64,000 bases of DNA. It comes from Heteronotia binoei (lineage: Eukaryota). Of this stretch, positions 1 to 10,434 are shown in pieces. Numbering within the stretch: position 1 is the stretch's first letter; every line of letters begins with the position of its first letter. The stretch spans positions 57,040,001 through 57,104,000 of the forward strand of contig NC_083225.1 in assembly GCF_032191835.1 (NCBI RefSeq). The letters are read 5' to 3'. The notes below the pieces were generated by a model. It did no database searches, was not told the origin of the DNA, and saw nothing but the letters and a program-made list of their open reading frames with translations. The position numbers and the translations under genes are program-made.

Positions 1-1
1 T

Positions 2-3000
2 CAATATGTGTTTGGCTGCTAGCCAATGCATTTGCCTAGGATCTTTAACTGCTCTAGCCAAAACATTAGTGGCCATGGCTATATCCGGTCTGGACCAGTT
101 TGCGAGATATGACAGACTTCCAATCAGGGATTGATATATTCCTTGGTCAAACAGTGGACTCTGTTCACATTCAGATTCATTACATGGTAGCATAGGATTT
201 TGTACCCCTTTACACTGTTCCATTTTGAACTGTTTTAGTAATTGGGATATCTTTGCCCTCTGTGATACCTTGTACCCATCCTTTACTTTAGCAATTTCCA
301 ATCCAACATATTGCCTGATCTCTCCTAGATCTCTTACAGTGAATATTGCTTTCAGAGCATCAATTGTATCACTCATTATTTTGGCAGTTTTGCATATCAG
401 TGCCAGATCATCAACAAATATTAAGATGATGGAGCGTTGCTCCCCTGTTCCCTTCATGAACACACAGGGATCTGCAACTCCTTGTTTATAACCCATCATT
501 TTAAGGTTATCCACCAAATGTTGGTTCCATTCGAACCCGGATTGCTTTAATCCATACAGGGATTTCTTAAGCAACCAACAAGTGTTAGTATTATCACCAG
601 CATCTGAGACCCCTAATGGTTTTCTCATATATATATTGTGCCTCAGTGGTGCATGTAAGTATGCTGTTTTCACATCAAGATGCCTAACTAAACATTTCTG
701 TTTGGCAGCAATTGTGAGAGCACAAAACAGTGATGTAGCCTTTAGTGTGGGCGCAAAGGTTTCGTCATAGTCTTGCCCCCCCTGTAAAAACCCTTGGGCT
801 ACAAGTCTGGCCTTGTACTGAGTAGTACCATCTGTGCCAGCCTTCAGCTTAAACACCCATTTACACCCTATGAGTCTCTGACCGATAGGTAGAGTCGTTT
901 CCTCATAGACGTGCTGGTTTTGCAGGGATTCTAGTTCAGACTTCATTGCAGCGCGCCATCCAGCCTGCTCGTCTGCTGATAGGTGCTGTATGCTTTCGTA
1001 ACTCGAAGGTTCAGCAATCACAGCGCATGTCTGTCCTGGACTGTAGCGATCAGGTGGCCTCGTTTCTCGAGCGGACCGCCGAAGAATGGGCTCCTCAGCT
1101 TCATCAGACACAGTCTGTTGTGTTGCCATCTCAGGTTGCAGAGAAACACCGGCTCCTGGCGATGTAGGAGTTAACGGTTCATCCTTGATGTCTCCGTTGC
1201 TGGGCGACGGGCTCCTCCTCCCCCTCCCTGGAACGGGTAGCGGCTCTTGTTTCACTCCGGCCGGAATGATTAGAGTTGAGGACGTTCGCTGCCAGCCAAC
1301 AGTTTTTTCAAGAAAGCTAGCCGATGCGCTAGTCGTTATTTTCTTCTCCCCATCACGGCAAAACCTGAAAGCTCGATGGTTGTTAGTATAGCCAACAAAC
1401 AGCAATCTTACAGCCTTATTTTTTCCTTTCCGCCTGAGCTCCTTAGGGATATGGACGTACGCTGGAATCCCAAATATCCTGACATGCTCTAAGGAAGGTT
1501 TCTTGCCGTACCATGCCTCTGCAGGACTCATACCTGTAGCTGACGACCAAGACAAGTTTAATACATGCGACGCACACATCATGCCTTCGCCCCAGTAACT
1601 CATAGGTAAATTACTGTCTTGTAACATGCAAAAGCACATATTGGTCAGGGTTTGATTTCTGCGTTCGCAGAAAGCATTATGCTGGGGGCGGTAAGGAGCT
1701 GTGCATTTCCTTTCAATGCCGTGCCTCCTGCACAGAGCAATCATCCGCGCATTACAGAATTCAGTACCGTTGTCACTTAAGATAGTCTTAGGGTACTTCC
1801 CTGTCTTGCGGTGCACAAACCGAAGCCAATTATGAAATGCTTGGAATGTTTCTGACTTAGACCTAAGTAGGTAGCAGAATCCATACCTTGAAAAGTGGTC
1901 TTCGATACATAATGCAAATTTTGCTCCGCCCAGACTCCTTGTAGGGAATGGACCTATCAGGTCAAGGAACACCAGATCGAGTATGTCATCGGACTGAAAT
2001 TTGCTTGGAGATTTTGCAGCTGTCGTCTTGGATTTCACAGCCTTGCACACCTCACATTCAATATAACACCCACACGGCTTGGTCTTAATCCCAGCTGCCT
2101 GAAGCGTCTTCTTCACTGCCTGGAAATTAAGGTGCCCCAGCCTGCGGTGCCAAAGATGAATGCAGTTATCATGCAGGGGTTCATTAGTACTCACATGCTG
2201 TACTGTTTGCTCCTTCTCCAGGAAATAGAGGTCGCCTTTCCTCTTAGCTTTTGCAGTAATTTCACCTGTACATATATTGCAGTCAGTAGCTGTAAAACAA
2301 ACTTTATAATTGTGTTCAGTTAATGCAGAAACTGATAACAAATTATAATTCAAGCTTGGAACATTGAGCATTGGGAATTTCCTCCCCAGGCTCGGGATGT
2401 TGACAAGACCATTCCCAGCTACATTGGCAGTCAGCCCATTTGCAAGCTTCACGCTCTGACCTTGCGTAGGAGTAAAAGTCTCAAAGAGCCTCCTGTCCTT
2501 GGCAATGTGCTCCGTAGCACCACTGTCAATCATGAATTGCTGGCTACTGCAGGAGGAATTATTAATGATTACATTGCACCCACCTCCTTTGGTAACAGCT
2601 GGAGAATGCTTCTTCTTGTACAAAGAACACTGGCGTTGCAGGTGTTGCTTGCTCCCACATAAGTAGCACTTACGCTCAGCCTTTGTTTTCGCTACTACTG
2701 CCTTGCACTCTGCCCCTTTAAAAACCTCTCGGGCAGGAACATTCATTGTTGAATGAAAGTGAGCTGCGTCCTTCCGTCTCATAGCCTCATTCAACAGGCG
2801 TTGGGTAATGCTGGACACGTTAATATCAGCTTGTGGAATAATGTCAAGATTAGCCACAAATTGGTCATACGTACTGTCCAGAGAACATAGGATTATGTAG
2901 GCCTGCTGCAGGGGAGTAAAAATTACCTTCTTGTCCTGCAGCTGGTGTAACATACGAGTCATGTGCTCCAGATGAGTCATCATGTCACCACCTGCCTCCA

Positions 3001-3361
3001 GACGTGTGGATAAGAGCTTTTTCATTAAGAAAATGTGTGACCCAACACTTTCTCTCTCATATATCGCCTTTAGTGCATCCCAGCACGACTTGGCTGTGTC
3101 GGACCCTTTGATATGAATGAGTTGTGAATCTTCCAAGGTCAAGCCTAGCAATGCAAACGCCTTCTCGTCAGTGCTCTTATGCTTTGCAATCACCTCGGCA
3201 TCATCCACTGCATGTAGTGTAGCTATGTCTGGGGGGTGTGCCACGTACTCCCACAGCCCCTGGAACTTCAACAACAGGGTGACCTTCTCTGACCATGTCC
3301 CATAATTATCTCCATTAAGCCTCTGTATCAAGAAGCCAGAGATATGAACGCTGGACTCCAT
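2..3361 (-). CDS. gag-pol: Ty1/copia gag-pol polyprotein (gag, zinc knuckle, protease, integrase, RT); open through the window start
   Basis: Manual translation from ATG 3361 gives 1120 codons with no stop down to position 2. Motifs in copia order: RLNGDNYGTW, CYLCGSKQHLQRQC (2627-2668), FMIDSGATEH (protease), HLWHRRLGH, DLIGP/SDNGTEF/CERRNQT (integrase D,D,E), GCKWVFKLK, YKARLVAQGF, HLDVKTAY, LKKSLYGLKQS, IFVDD, SRPDIA. Missing from the ORF track because no stop falls inside the window. Confidence 0.97.
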   Translation of the reverse strand, partial: MESSVHISGFLIQRLNGDNYGTWSEKVTLLLKFQGLWEYVAHPPDIATLHAVDDAEVIAKHKSTDEKAFALLGLTLEDSQLIHIKGSDTAKSCWDALKAIYERESVGSHIFLMKKLLSTRLEAGGDMMTHLEHMTRMLHQLQDKKVIFTPLQQAYIILCSLDSTYDQFVANLDIIPQADINVSSITQRLLNEAMRRKDAAHFHSTMNVPAREVFKGAECKAVVAKTKAERKCYLCGSKQHLQRQCSLYKKKHSPAVTKGGGCNVIINNSSCSSQQFMIDSGATEHIAKDRRLFETFTPTQGQSVKLANGLTANVAGNGLVNIPSLGRKFPMLNVPSLNYNLLSVSALTEHNYKVCFTATDCNICTGEITAKAKRKGDLYFLEKEQTVQHVSTNEPLHDNCIHLWHRRLGHLNFQAVKKTLQAAGIKTKPCGCYIECEVCKAVKSKTTAAKSPSKFQSDDILDLVFLDLIGPFPTRSLGGAKFALCIEDHFSRYGFCYLLRSKSETFQAFHNWLRFVHRKTGKYPKTILSDNGTEFCNARMIALCRRHGIERKCTAPYRPQHNAFCERRNQTLTNMCFCMLQDSNLPMSYWGEGMMCASHVLNLSWSSATGMSPAEAWYGKKPSLEHVRIFGIPAYVHIPKELRRKGKNKAVRLLFVGYTNNHRAFRFCRDGEKKITTSASASFLEKTVGWQRTSSTLIIPAGVKQEPLPVPGRGRRSPSPSNGDIKDEPLTPTSPGAGVSLQPEMATQQTVSDEAEEPILRRSARETRPPDRYSPGQTCAVIAEPSSYESIQHLSADEQAGWRAAMKSELESLQNQHVYEETTLPIGQRLIGCKWVFKLKAGTDGTTQYKARLVAQGFLQGGQDYDETFAPTLKATSLFCALTIAAKQKCLVRHLDVKTAYLHAPLRHNIYMRKPLGVSDAGDNTNTCWLLKKSLYGLKQSGFEWNQHLVDNLKMMGYKQGVADPCVFMKGTGEQRSIILIFVDDLALICKTAKIMSDTIDALKAIFTVRDLGEIRQYVGLEIAKVKDGYKVSQRAKISQLLKQFKMEQCKGVQNPMLPCNESECEQSPLFDQGIYQSLIGSLSYLANWSRPDIAMATNVLARAVKDPRQMHWLAAKHIL

Positions 3362-3470
3362 TGTTGCCTGTAACACAAACAAAGTGCCACGCCCCAAACT
3401 GTTCGCTTACTCACGAGTAGAACTTCTAGCGAGTGCTGCAGCAGACAGTGCTTACTCTCACGCAGACCAC

Positions 3471-3485
3471 GCTGGGCCCACAACC
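3471..3485 (-). promoter_or_regulatory. Primer binding site complementary to the anticodon-arm half of initiator tRNA-Met
   Basis: Minus strand GGTTGTGGGCCCAGC versus the copia-type half-tRNA PBS GGTTATGGGCCCAG(C); one A>G change gives a G.U pair. Lies 2 nt after an LTR-like ...ACA end. Confidence 0.85.
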
Positions 3486-3487
3486 GA

Positions 3488-3919
3488 TGTCAGTAGTGCG
3501 TGGAAGTTCCGCGTTGTGAGTGTGCTGATAAGAGCAGCCTCGAGTAAAAAGTCTACAAAGACACAACTTCAGTAAGCCAGTAGAAACAGTTGTATTGGGT
3601 TATAGCAAAAGAGTGGTTAAAGGCAGTCCAAAGCAGTCAATGCACAGTTAGTCAGTCCAGCCAGGTCAGAAGTACAGAGTCACAAGTCCAAAGATTAGTC
3701 TACACATACCAGGGTCATTACCATCATCAGTCAAACGGACAGAGTAACGGTCTGTTATCAAATAGCTCTCCACGTCTCCAACACTCCTTCCTCTCCATCA
3801 ACCCAAGGCAAAGTCTAAGGACTAGGCTGCTGGTTCTTATGGTAGAGCTGGCCTATCAAGTTACACCCCACTTAACTAGCTTCACATGCCTCTCATTAGC
3901 TAGTATAGTTGGAGTTACA
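3488..3919 (-). repeat. Putative 5' LTR of the copia element (about 432 bp)
   Basis: Minus strand starts TGTAAC at 3919 and ends ...TGACA at 3488, just before the PBS. The outer boundary cannot be confirmed without the 3' LTR. Confidence 0.6.
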
Positions 3920-4017
3920 TAATGTTGCATCAGCAGTTTTCCTCTTAAAGTGCCTGATGCTGTCATCTGTAACCAAGTGTATATGTATAGATGTCTGCCA
4001 ACTAAAGATTCAATTTG

Positions 4018-4100
4018 CTCATCTGATGAAGTGGGCTCAAGTCCACAAAGTTTATGCCTCTTAATAAATCTGTTATTTGTAAAGGTGCTGGAGTATTCCT
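4018..4100 (+). repeat. Penelope-like terminal-repeat remnant with degenerate hammerhead core
   Basis: CTGATGA-A-GTGGGC-TCAA-GTCCAC-AAAG followed by AATAAATCTGTT...AAAGGTGCTGGAGT, the tail shared by other copies in this window. Confidence 0.6.
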
Positions 4101-4224
4101 CAGGATTGTATTGGGACAGTCTTCTCAAGAGCCAAGCCCTAAATAGTTTGAAGGCCCTTACTGTCAAAGCAGGTGCTTTGCATGCAGCAGATTCCAGATT
4201 CAATATCTGGCACTTACAATTAAA

Positions 4225-4340
4225 CCATCTCAGGTAGCTGGAGATGTGAAAGATTTTTCTCTGCTTGAGACCCTGGAGAGCTACTGCCAATCAGAGTAAA
4301 CCATACAGAGCTGCATGGACCTGTGGTATGACTGTATATA
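4225..4340 (+). mobile_element. 3' part of tRNA-derived SINE (same family as 51686-51894 and 54590-54801)
   Basis: TTGAGACCCTGGAGAGCTACTGCCAATCAGAGTA... is a diverged match to the body of the other two copies. Confidence 0.65.
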
Positions 4341-4469
4341 AAGCAGCTCTCTGTATGTTCTAGATAAGATCCGGACCAAATAGGCAATTTCCACCTGCAG
4401 ACATTAATAATTGTTAATGGTTGTTTTGTGTAATAAATTGGTTTATTAAAATTGTTGGTAAAATCAAAA

Positions 4470-4549
4470 ATGTATCAGGAGATAATTTGCAAGGGGGCCC
4501 CCGAGATTTTGAATGCCTAGGGGCCTCCACAGGGTTTAATCCGGCACTG
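4470..4549. mobile_element. Right end of hAT-like MITE (family of 24374-24740)
   Basis: Ends TAATCCGGCACTG, the reverse complement of the CAGTGCCGGATTA TIR at 24374. Confidence 0.5.
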
Positions 4550-4644
4550 GCAGCTGCCTTTCTTCCCACATATTTTAATAATACAGCAGCATACAAAAAG
4601 ATGTAAAGGAAGCTATGGGATCACTGTATAATATTTTAAGAAAA

Positions 4645-4729
4645 AAGGAAAGGAAAGGTCCCCTGTGCAAGCATCAGCCATTTCTGACTCTGGGGTGACG
4701 TTGCTTTCATAATGTTTTCATGACAGACT
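4645..4729 (-). mobile_element. Sauria-type SINE 3' fragment
   Basis: Reverse complement of the 3' end of the copy at 8734-8985 (GGTCCCCTGTGCAAGCA...CTGACTCTGGGGTGACGTTGC). Confidence 0.75.
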
Positions 4730-5959
4730 GTGAATACAATAACTACATGCCTTGTACCTTTCATAAGAATAAAAGTAAAAGCTTAGTGGATCACACCAGA
4801 GGTTTCTTGAGTCTGGTCTCTTATTTCCGAAGTTAATCAGCCAGATACTTATGGAGACCTTAACCAGTTGCCTGCAAAAACTGGCAGTTCAAGAGTATGC
4901 TGCCACTAAACATTGAGGTCTTAATGGCTACTTACAGACCTTGCCATCTCCATGAATCTGTCTAATTTCCTTTTAAAATCTTCTAAATTAGTGGCTGTCA
5001 CCTTGTAGTAGTTTATTCAATTAATTATATTGTATGTGATATAAACTGAAACTAAGGTTAAGACATCTATATTCCATATTTCTTAATGCAGGGTTAGTAT
5101 CTTTAATACAATGTTAGTAATGTATCTTTAATGCAAAGTTAGTATCTTTAATACTAGATTCTTGGGAAATACTAACTTGACTCAGAGGTTTTATGTTCTG
5201 CTATATAACCTGATGCATTTCAATATTTCGAAGTTAAAAGCTTTGAACCAATAAAACAGGACCAATAATTCAATGTATGTATGTTGATAAGCTTGAACCA
5301 CATAAAAACAAGACCAAATGCATTTTGTCCTCCAAGGCCTTTCTCAGTGGTCAAATGTTTGTATATACATGCATGCTATGACATATGACCATGTGTTAGT
5401 GCTAAGGCAGGTTGATTATAAGGCCTAAAGTGTATATAATTATTCAATATGAAAAAAATTAAAATAAAACCATTTTTAATTAATTACATTTCAAATATCC
5501 TATGTGGCAAAAGAATTAGGTTTATAAACGTTCTCTTCAATTTTTAAGCACACAAATCCAAGGAATGCAGGCTTTATGAGAGAGACACTACAGAATGAAA
5601 TTAATTAGTAGAATTTACTTTGTTGAAATCAGTGCTTTTTCCATCCAAGTAATATGACTCAAGATCAGCATGACTGTTAATGAACAGCACCTCTCTCTCT
5701 CTCTAAACACATTTGTAGTAAATTATTTCTTTCCAGTTTGCCTATGAATGTGGAGGTATACTTCAAAGACTGCTGCTATTTCAAAGAACTCTTTTGAACC
5801 TTCATAAACCATTTAAGTAAGAATTTGTAACTTGACAATATTTGAATTCTCCACATATATGTACCACCACTATGCTTCTGCTTTAGAAGCCACTCCCTAA
5901 TAGTTACTTTTATGTATAGGTGAGGTTTTACTGACTGATTCAACAGAAGAATGTAAATG

Positions 5960-6160
5960 CAGGGCTTTTTTTGAGCAGGAATGCACAGGAACGCAGGTCA
6001 AGCTGGCTTGGTGTCAGGGGGTGTGGTCTAATATGCAAATGAATTGCTGCTGGGATTTTTCTATAAAAAGCCTTATGTGAAACAATGGTGACATCAGGGA
6101 GTGTGGCCTAATATGCAAATGAGTTCCTGCTGGGCTTTTTTTTTTACCAAAAAAGCCCTG
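5960..6160. mobile_element. hAT-type MITE, 201 bp, carrying two octamer motifs
   Basis: TIR CAGGGCTTTTTT / AAAAAAGCCCTG; perfect 8-bp TSD TGTAAATG (5952-5959, 6161-6168); internal duplicated unit GGTGTGG(T/C)CTAATATGCAAATGA. Confidence 0.92.
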
Positions 6161-7114
6161 TGTAAATGTATGAATGATGATAGAAAAAGAACCCACTTCA
6201 TTAATTTGTTTCCTTTGGGGAAACTATTTGTATGCAATTATGTAGCCTAAGCAATTGCCAAGGTTGCAGACTGTTAACAATACCCCGAAGACAAATGAAT
6301 GTTAACTTCTTGCTTTCAGTGAACTTTGCATTTTAGTGAGACCTTGCTAATTAAGTTATTTGAACTTCGGACACAATAGTTTCCATTTCGGAAATCAATG
6401 GGATTAAATCATTCCCACACCATCCCACTCTTTTTAGTCTGACAGCTGAAAATGATCTTACTGTTGCTTCTCAGCTATCTCAGAACATCACTGTTTTTAG
6501 TATTCTAAATCCTTTCTCCCCAAAGATCCAGTTTTTGTGGTCTTTTACTCAGTTCCTAGGATGCATAGAACTGGACTCTGGTCTCAATACTGACAAAGTA
6601 CTACACATTGAGTAGATGTCCCACTAGCTGCCTCTGGTCCAACAGGTGACCTTGTTCTGTATGTGAATTAAAGATTTTTTTAAAAAAAATTATGAATGCT
6701 GCAGAGGATAGATGGATTGCAGGCTGCCAATGGTGCTTTCATGTATGGCATCTCAGATTAAAATTAAATTGTTTGAGGAAGTTGGTAAAGCAGGTTTTCA
6801 TGTGCTTCTTTTTAAAAAACAGAGTTTAGTCTTCCATCGAGTTATTCTCCATGGCCTTTTTGTGTCCACCTTGTTTGAAAGTCATATCTTTTGTGTATCT
6901 GGTGCATAAACTCTTTTCTTCAATATTTCTATAATTGTGGAAGTGAAAAAATAGCATCTTAGATAGATATTACAGTGTAATGCCCATATGCTCCATATGG
7001 CTGTTCTCAGCAAGATAACAACAAATATGGGTATTCAGTGTTAAAAGAACAAAGCAAGAAATTACACTGAACCATCAACCAAGTACTAATAACAAATGTC
7101 TCTGTACTGCCCAA

Positions 7115-7622
7115 TAGGCCTGTAGCTACGGGGGGGGGGAGGGGGAAGGCTGCTCTATTCTCCCTCTTCCCTATGTAGAGCCCCTCCATTGGAGAGTCTC
7201 CAGGACCAGTGAGAGGGAGAGTGGGAGAGCAGCAGATAGAGAGAACAGCAGTGCGAGAGAGAGAGGGAGACATTGAGACAGCGGCAGAAAGAGAGAGAGA
7301 GAGAACAGCAGCATGAAAGACGGGGACAGTGAGAGAGAAAATGGCAGCATGAGAGACAGGGGGACAGTGAGACAGTGGCAGAGTGAGAGAGAGAGAGAAT
7401 GGCAGTGCGAGAGACAGGGGGACAGTGAGACAGCAGCAGAGAGAGACAGAAAGCGGAAGAGCGAGAGAGCAACAGCCAGAGAAAGAGTGCAAGAGAGAGC
7501 TGGGGCTGGGCAGGCTGGCCGCTGGAGGGAAGAAGCAGCCAAGCTCTGCAGCCCCCCCCCCCCCACATCAAATTTTTCAACTCTTGGACTCCTCCACCCA
7601 AAATTTTCTGGCTAGTGGCCTG
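7115..7622. mobile_element. hAT-type MITE with internal GA-rich low-complexity tract
   Basis: Imperfect TIR TAGGCCTGTAGC / GCTAGTGGCCTG; perfect 8-bp TSD CTGCCCAA (7107-7114, 7623-7630). Confidence 0.85.
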
Positions 7623-7979
7623 CTGCCCAATAAGGTGCAAATATATTCTGTATTATATTATAAGTGGTCCATGGTCAAAGACCAAATATGGAACACTATA
7701 GACTGTAAGTGTACATAGACAATGCTCCAAACTATGAGAATCTCTTCCCTTTAAAAGTTGAACATCAATATTCAAATATGCAATCTCAGTTAAAGTTTCT
7801 AAGTCATGGGAGTCAGCTACCCAGCAGGGACTCAAAAAATTTGTTTCCTCTTCTTTCTGGCTGTTTGGGACTGCAAAACTGTGGGATTTATAAGGATTTA
7901 TGTCAGGGTTTAATGCAGGGTTGCATTTTGCTTTGTAGGTGCCAAATGTATGGTTGCATAGTGATTAAAGCACTTTATT

Positions 7980-8730
7980 AGTGATACAGCATATTTAAGT
8001 GACTACAAACCACTTCCTGCAGTTGTGGCAGGGAACGTTGCGGAAATGGCAAGTGTGGCTCTCGTGTTGCTCCCTGCAGCTGGCATACACTCTGGAAATG
8101 GTAGTTTCCCATGGTGAAGCCTGAGCACTTCTTCACCCTCAGAGTCCTCTGAAGCCAATGAGGCAGCAATCAGATGGGCTGACACGGTAACAGCAGCCAC
8201 CTTGGAGACTTGCAACTGGTGGACATCTGCCATAAATTTCTCGGCAACCTCTGTGGCAAGGGCTTCTTCGAGTGTGACCTGGAATGTGGGGTCCTGCTTA
8301 GTGATGATCCACAGCTGCAGGTGCTCATTGCTTAGTCCGCATACCAACCGATCCCTCAGGGCTTCCTCTAAATCTTGGTTGCAAGTTGCAATGACGGGCA
8401 GCCCTACAAAGCGCAGTCACATAAATGGTGATTGATTCACCAAGGGCCTGGTTCCGAATGCATGGTGGGTAGCAATGATGGACAACTTCGGCAAGAAGTG
8501 GCCTTGCAGATTCTCCATGATGGCATCGTATGCAGTCATTCAGAGCTCTGCATGAGCCAGAAGCGATTGAGCGATCTCAAAGGTCAGCCTTCCACATAAA
8601 TGGAAGAAGGTTGCACGTTTCATGTCTCCTCGGTGATTCCAGACACCTCACGGAAAAACTCAAACTGGGAGCTTTAGGATTGTCAGTCTTCTGTGGTGGG
8701 GTTGAAGGCATCAAAAGATCCTGGAGAAGA
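7980..8730 (-). pseudogene. Degraded Ty3/Gypsy gag fragment
   Basis: Frameshifted RNQALGESITIYVTALCRAARHCN...DLEEALRDRLVCGL, the Gypsy gag signature. Confidence 0.7.
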
Positions 8731-8733
8731 GGT

Positions 8734-8985
8734 AAGCTGCAGTACTTCAGTCTAAGCTCTACTCACAACCTGAGTTCGATCCTGGTGGAAGCTGGGTTCA
8801 AGGTTAACTCAGCCTTTCATCCTTCTGAGGTTGGAAAAAGGAGTACCCAGCTTACTGGGGGTAAAATGTGGATGACTGGGGAAGGCAATAGCAAACCACC
8901 CTGTAAAAAGTCTGCCGTGAAAACGTTGTGATGCAACATCACCCCAGAGTCGGAAACAACTGGTGTTTGCACAGGGGACTACCTT
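8734..8985 (+). mobile_element. Sauria-type SINE (5' truncated) lying between the Gypsy fragments
   Basis: Box-B-like GAGTTCGATCC, then AACTCAGCCTTTCATCC...GGAAGGCAATAGCAAACCACCC (BovB-like tail)...CCCAGAGTCGGAAACAACTGG. Confidence 0.85.
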
Positions 8986-9249
8986 ATTATCTGAGAATTT
9001 GGACCCAAACATCATAGTTGTGACTTTAGTGTCAGAATATTTGCACATAGAAAATGAGGGGGGGGGGTGTCAAATTCCATCATGTTTGGTATGTAAGTAT
9101 TTTAGCATTTTGTCACCCTCTAATTGGATGATGTAGTCCAGTGATCCCCAGTGTGATATCCATGAACACCATGGCATGTGCTGATGTCTTTTAGTGTCTT
9201 TAGGGTTGTGCGGTTACTGATAAATCTCAAAATCAGACAAGTCCACTTG

Positions 9250-9790
9250 GCCAATGTTTTATCAGTAACAGAACAACCCTAAAGACACTTTCCTGGGACT
9301 AAGCCCTATTAAATAGTAGAATTCAGAGTAGACCTGTTTAGGATTGCTCTCAAAGGCTGGGTCTAGATTGCTGATTTGGGCCCCATGTCCAGATTGAAAT
9401 TGCACAGTCAGCTGCACACATCTGGGTCCCATCTCGCTTCCGCCCTTATCTTGTCTTTTGCTGTCTTCCTGCCACTTCAAAAAGCTGCCACTAACTAAGT
9501 GGTAGCAAAGCACTAAAGCTCTTTTCAGGTGCCTTTCCCAGCTATCTGAATGGCTGGGGACACCAGGGAAGTATCTCCCCTTTGCTTGAGCAGTGTGAAC
9601 ACCTCCTCCTCAGCACACATGGCTTCTCCCTGTTCCAGCAGTGGGCTGAATGCTGTCTGACCACCCGCTGTGGCCTGCTTCTTCCCCCAGACCCACGGGG
9701 CATTTTTGTCTAGGAGTCTGTGGAGGGGTTCAGCTAGGGCGGCTTTGTGGGGTAAGAACAAATGATAGAAATTTAATAACCCCTCTGCCA
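9250..9790 (-). pseudogene. Degraded Ty3/Gypsy pol fragment (RT-RNase H connection)
   Basis: GLLNFYHLFLPHKAALAEPLHRLLDKNAPWVWGKKQ; the rest is heavily decayed. Confidence 0.6.
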
Positions 9791-10094
9791 GCTTTCTTCT
9801 GGGATTGGAGGCTGCTGGTCTGGACCCAAGCAAAATGTCAGAAACAGGGACATTTTCCAAGCTGCCATTATAAATTTTACCTTTATCAATAAGTAATAAG
9901 CAATAAAATATATTGATTTAGGGATTTATTCATAGATATTTTTTAAAATATTAAGAATTACAGGCAGAGTATTTTAAACTCTGTAATGGTATGATACAAT
10001 TTTGCTAATTGCATTTTGTTCTTTTTTATTGTATCTATCAATTTTTCATAATAAAGACTGTGGTGTTGGGGGGGATGGGGGAGAACATAATTAA

Positions 10095-10180
10095 AGTTCA
10101 GTAGCATCTTAAGGACCAACACATTTTTCAAGGATATAACCTTTCATGAGTCAAAGCTCCCTTTGTCAGATCCAAACAGA
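10095..10180 (-). repeat. Penelope-like terminal-repeat remnant with degenerate hammerhead core
   Basis: Minus strand GGAT-CTGACAA-AGGGAGC-TTTG-ACTCAT-GAAA-GGTTA-TATCC; GGAT/ATCC could form stem I. Confidence 0.6.
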
Positions 10181-10211
10181 AATAAGGTCCATCAGCCTTT
10201 ATTTATTTATT

Positions 10212-10295
10212 TATTTATTTATTTGGGATTTATATCCCGCCCTTCCCACGAATGGCTCAGGGAAGGGCGTGATATAAATCCCAAATAAATAAATA
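10212..10295. repeat. Fold-back inverted repeat of an L2-type tail (36-bp arms, 12-nt loop)
   Basis: 10212-10247 is the reverse complement of 10260-10295 at 35/36 positions. Confidence 0.9.
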
Positions 10296-10434
10296 TACAG
10301 GTCAAAAGGTGGGAGAAGTGTGGCAAAGGATAAAAAAGAGACTGCTGTTTATGTCATTTGCAAATTTGCCATAAAAATGAATGACCTTTGCTAGATTTTC
10401 AAGAGATGGTCCCTACTAAAACATTTTTATAAGG

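Larger units (their letters stand above)
1..3919 (-). mobile_element. Ty1/copia LTR retrotransposon, 5' portion (5' LTR, PBS, gag-pol)
   Basis: Integrase-before-RT order defines copia. PBS at 3471-3485; LTR-like segment 3488-3919. The 3' end lies outside the window. Confidence 0.93.

Noticed and set aside
225-3922. Plus-strand ORFs listed over the copia element
   Set aside because: They are antisense shadows of the long minus-strand gag-pol frame and LTR, with no recognisable motifs.
7007-7718. Several 100-160 aa ORFs rich in Leu/Ser or Arg/Glu
   Set aside because: They are translations of the GA-rich tract inside a TSD-flanked MITE.
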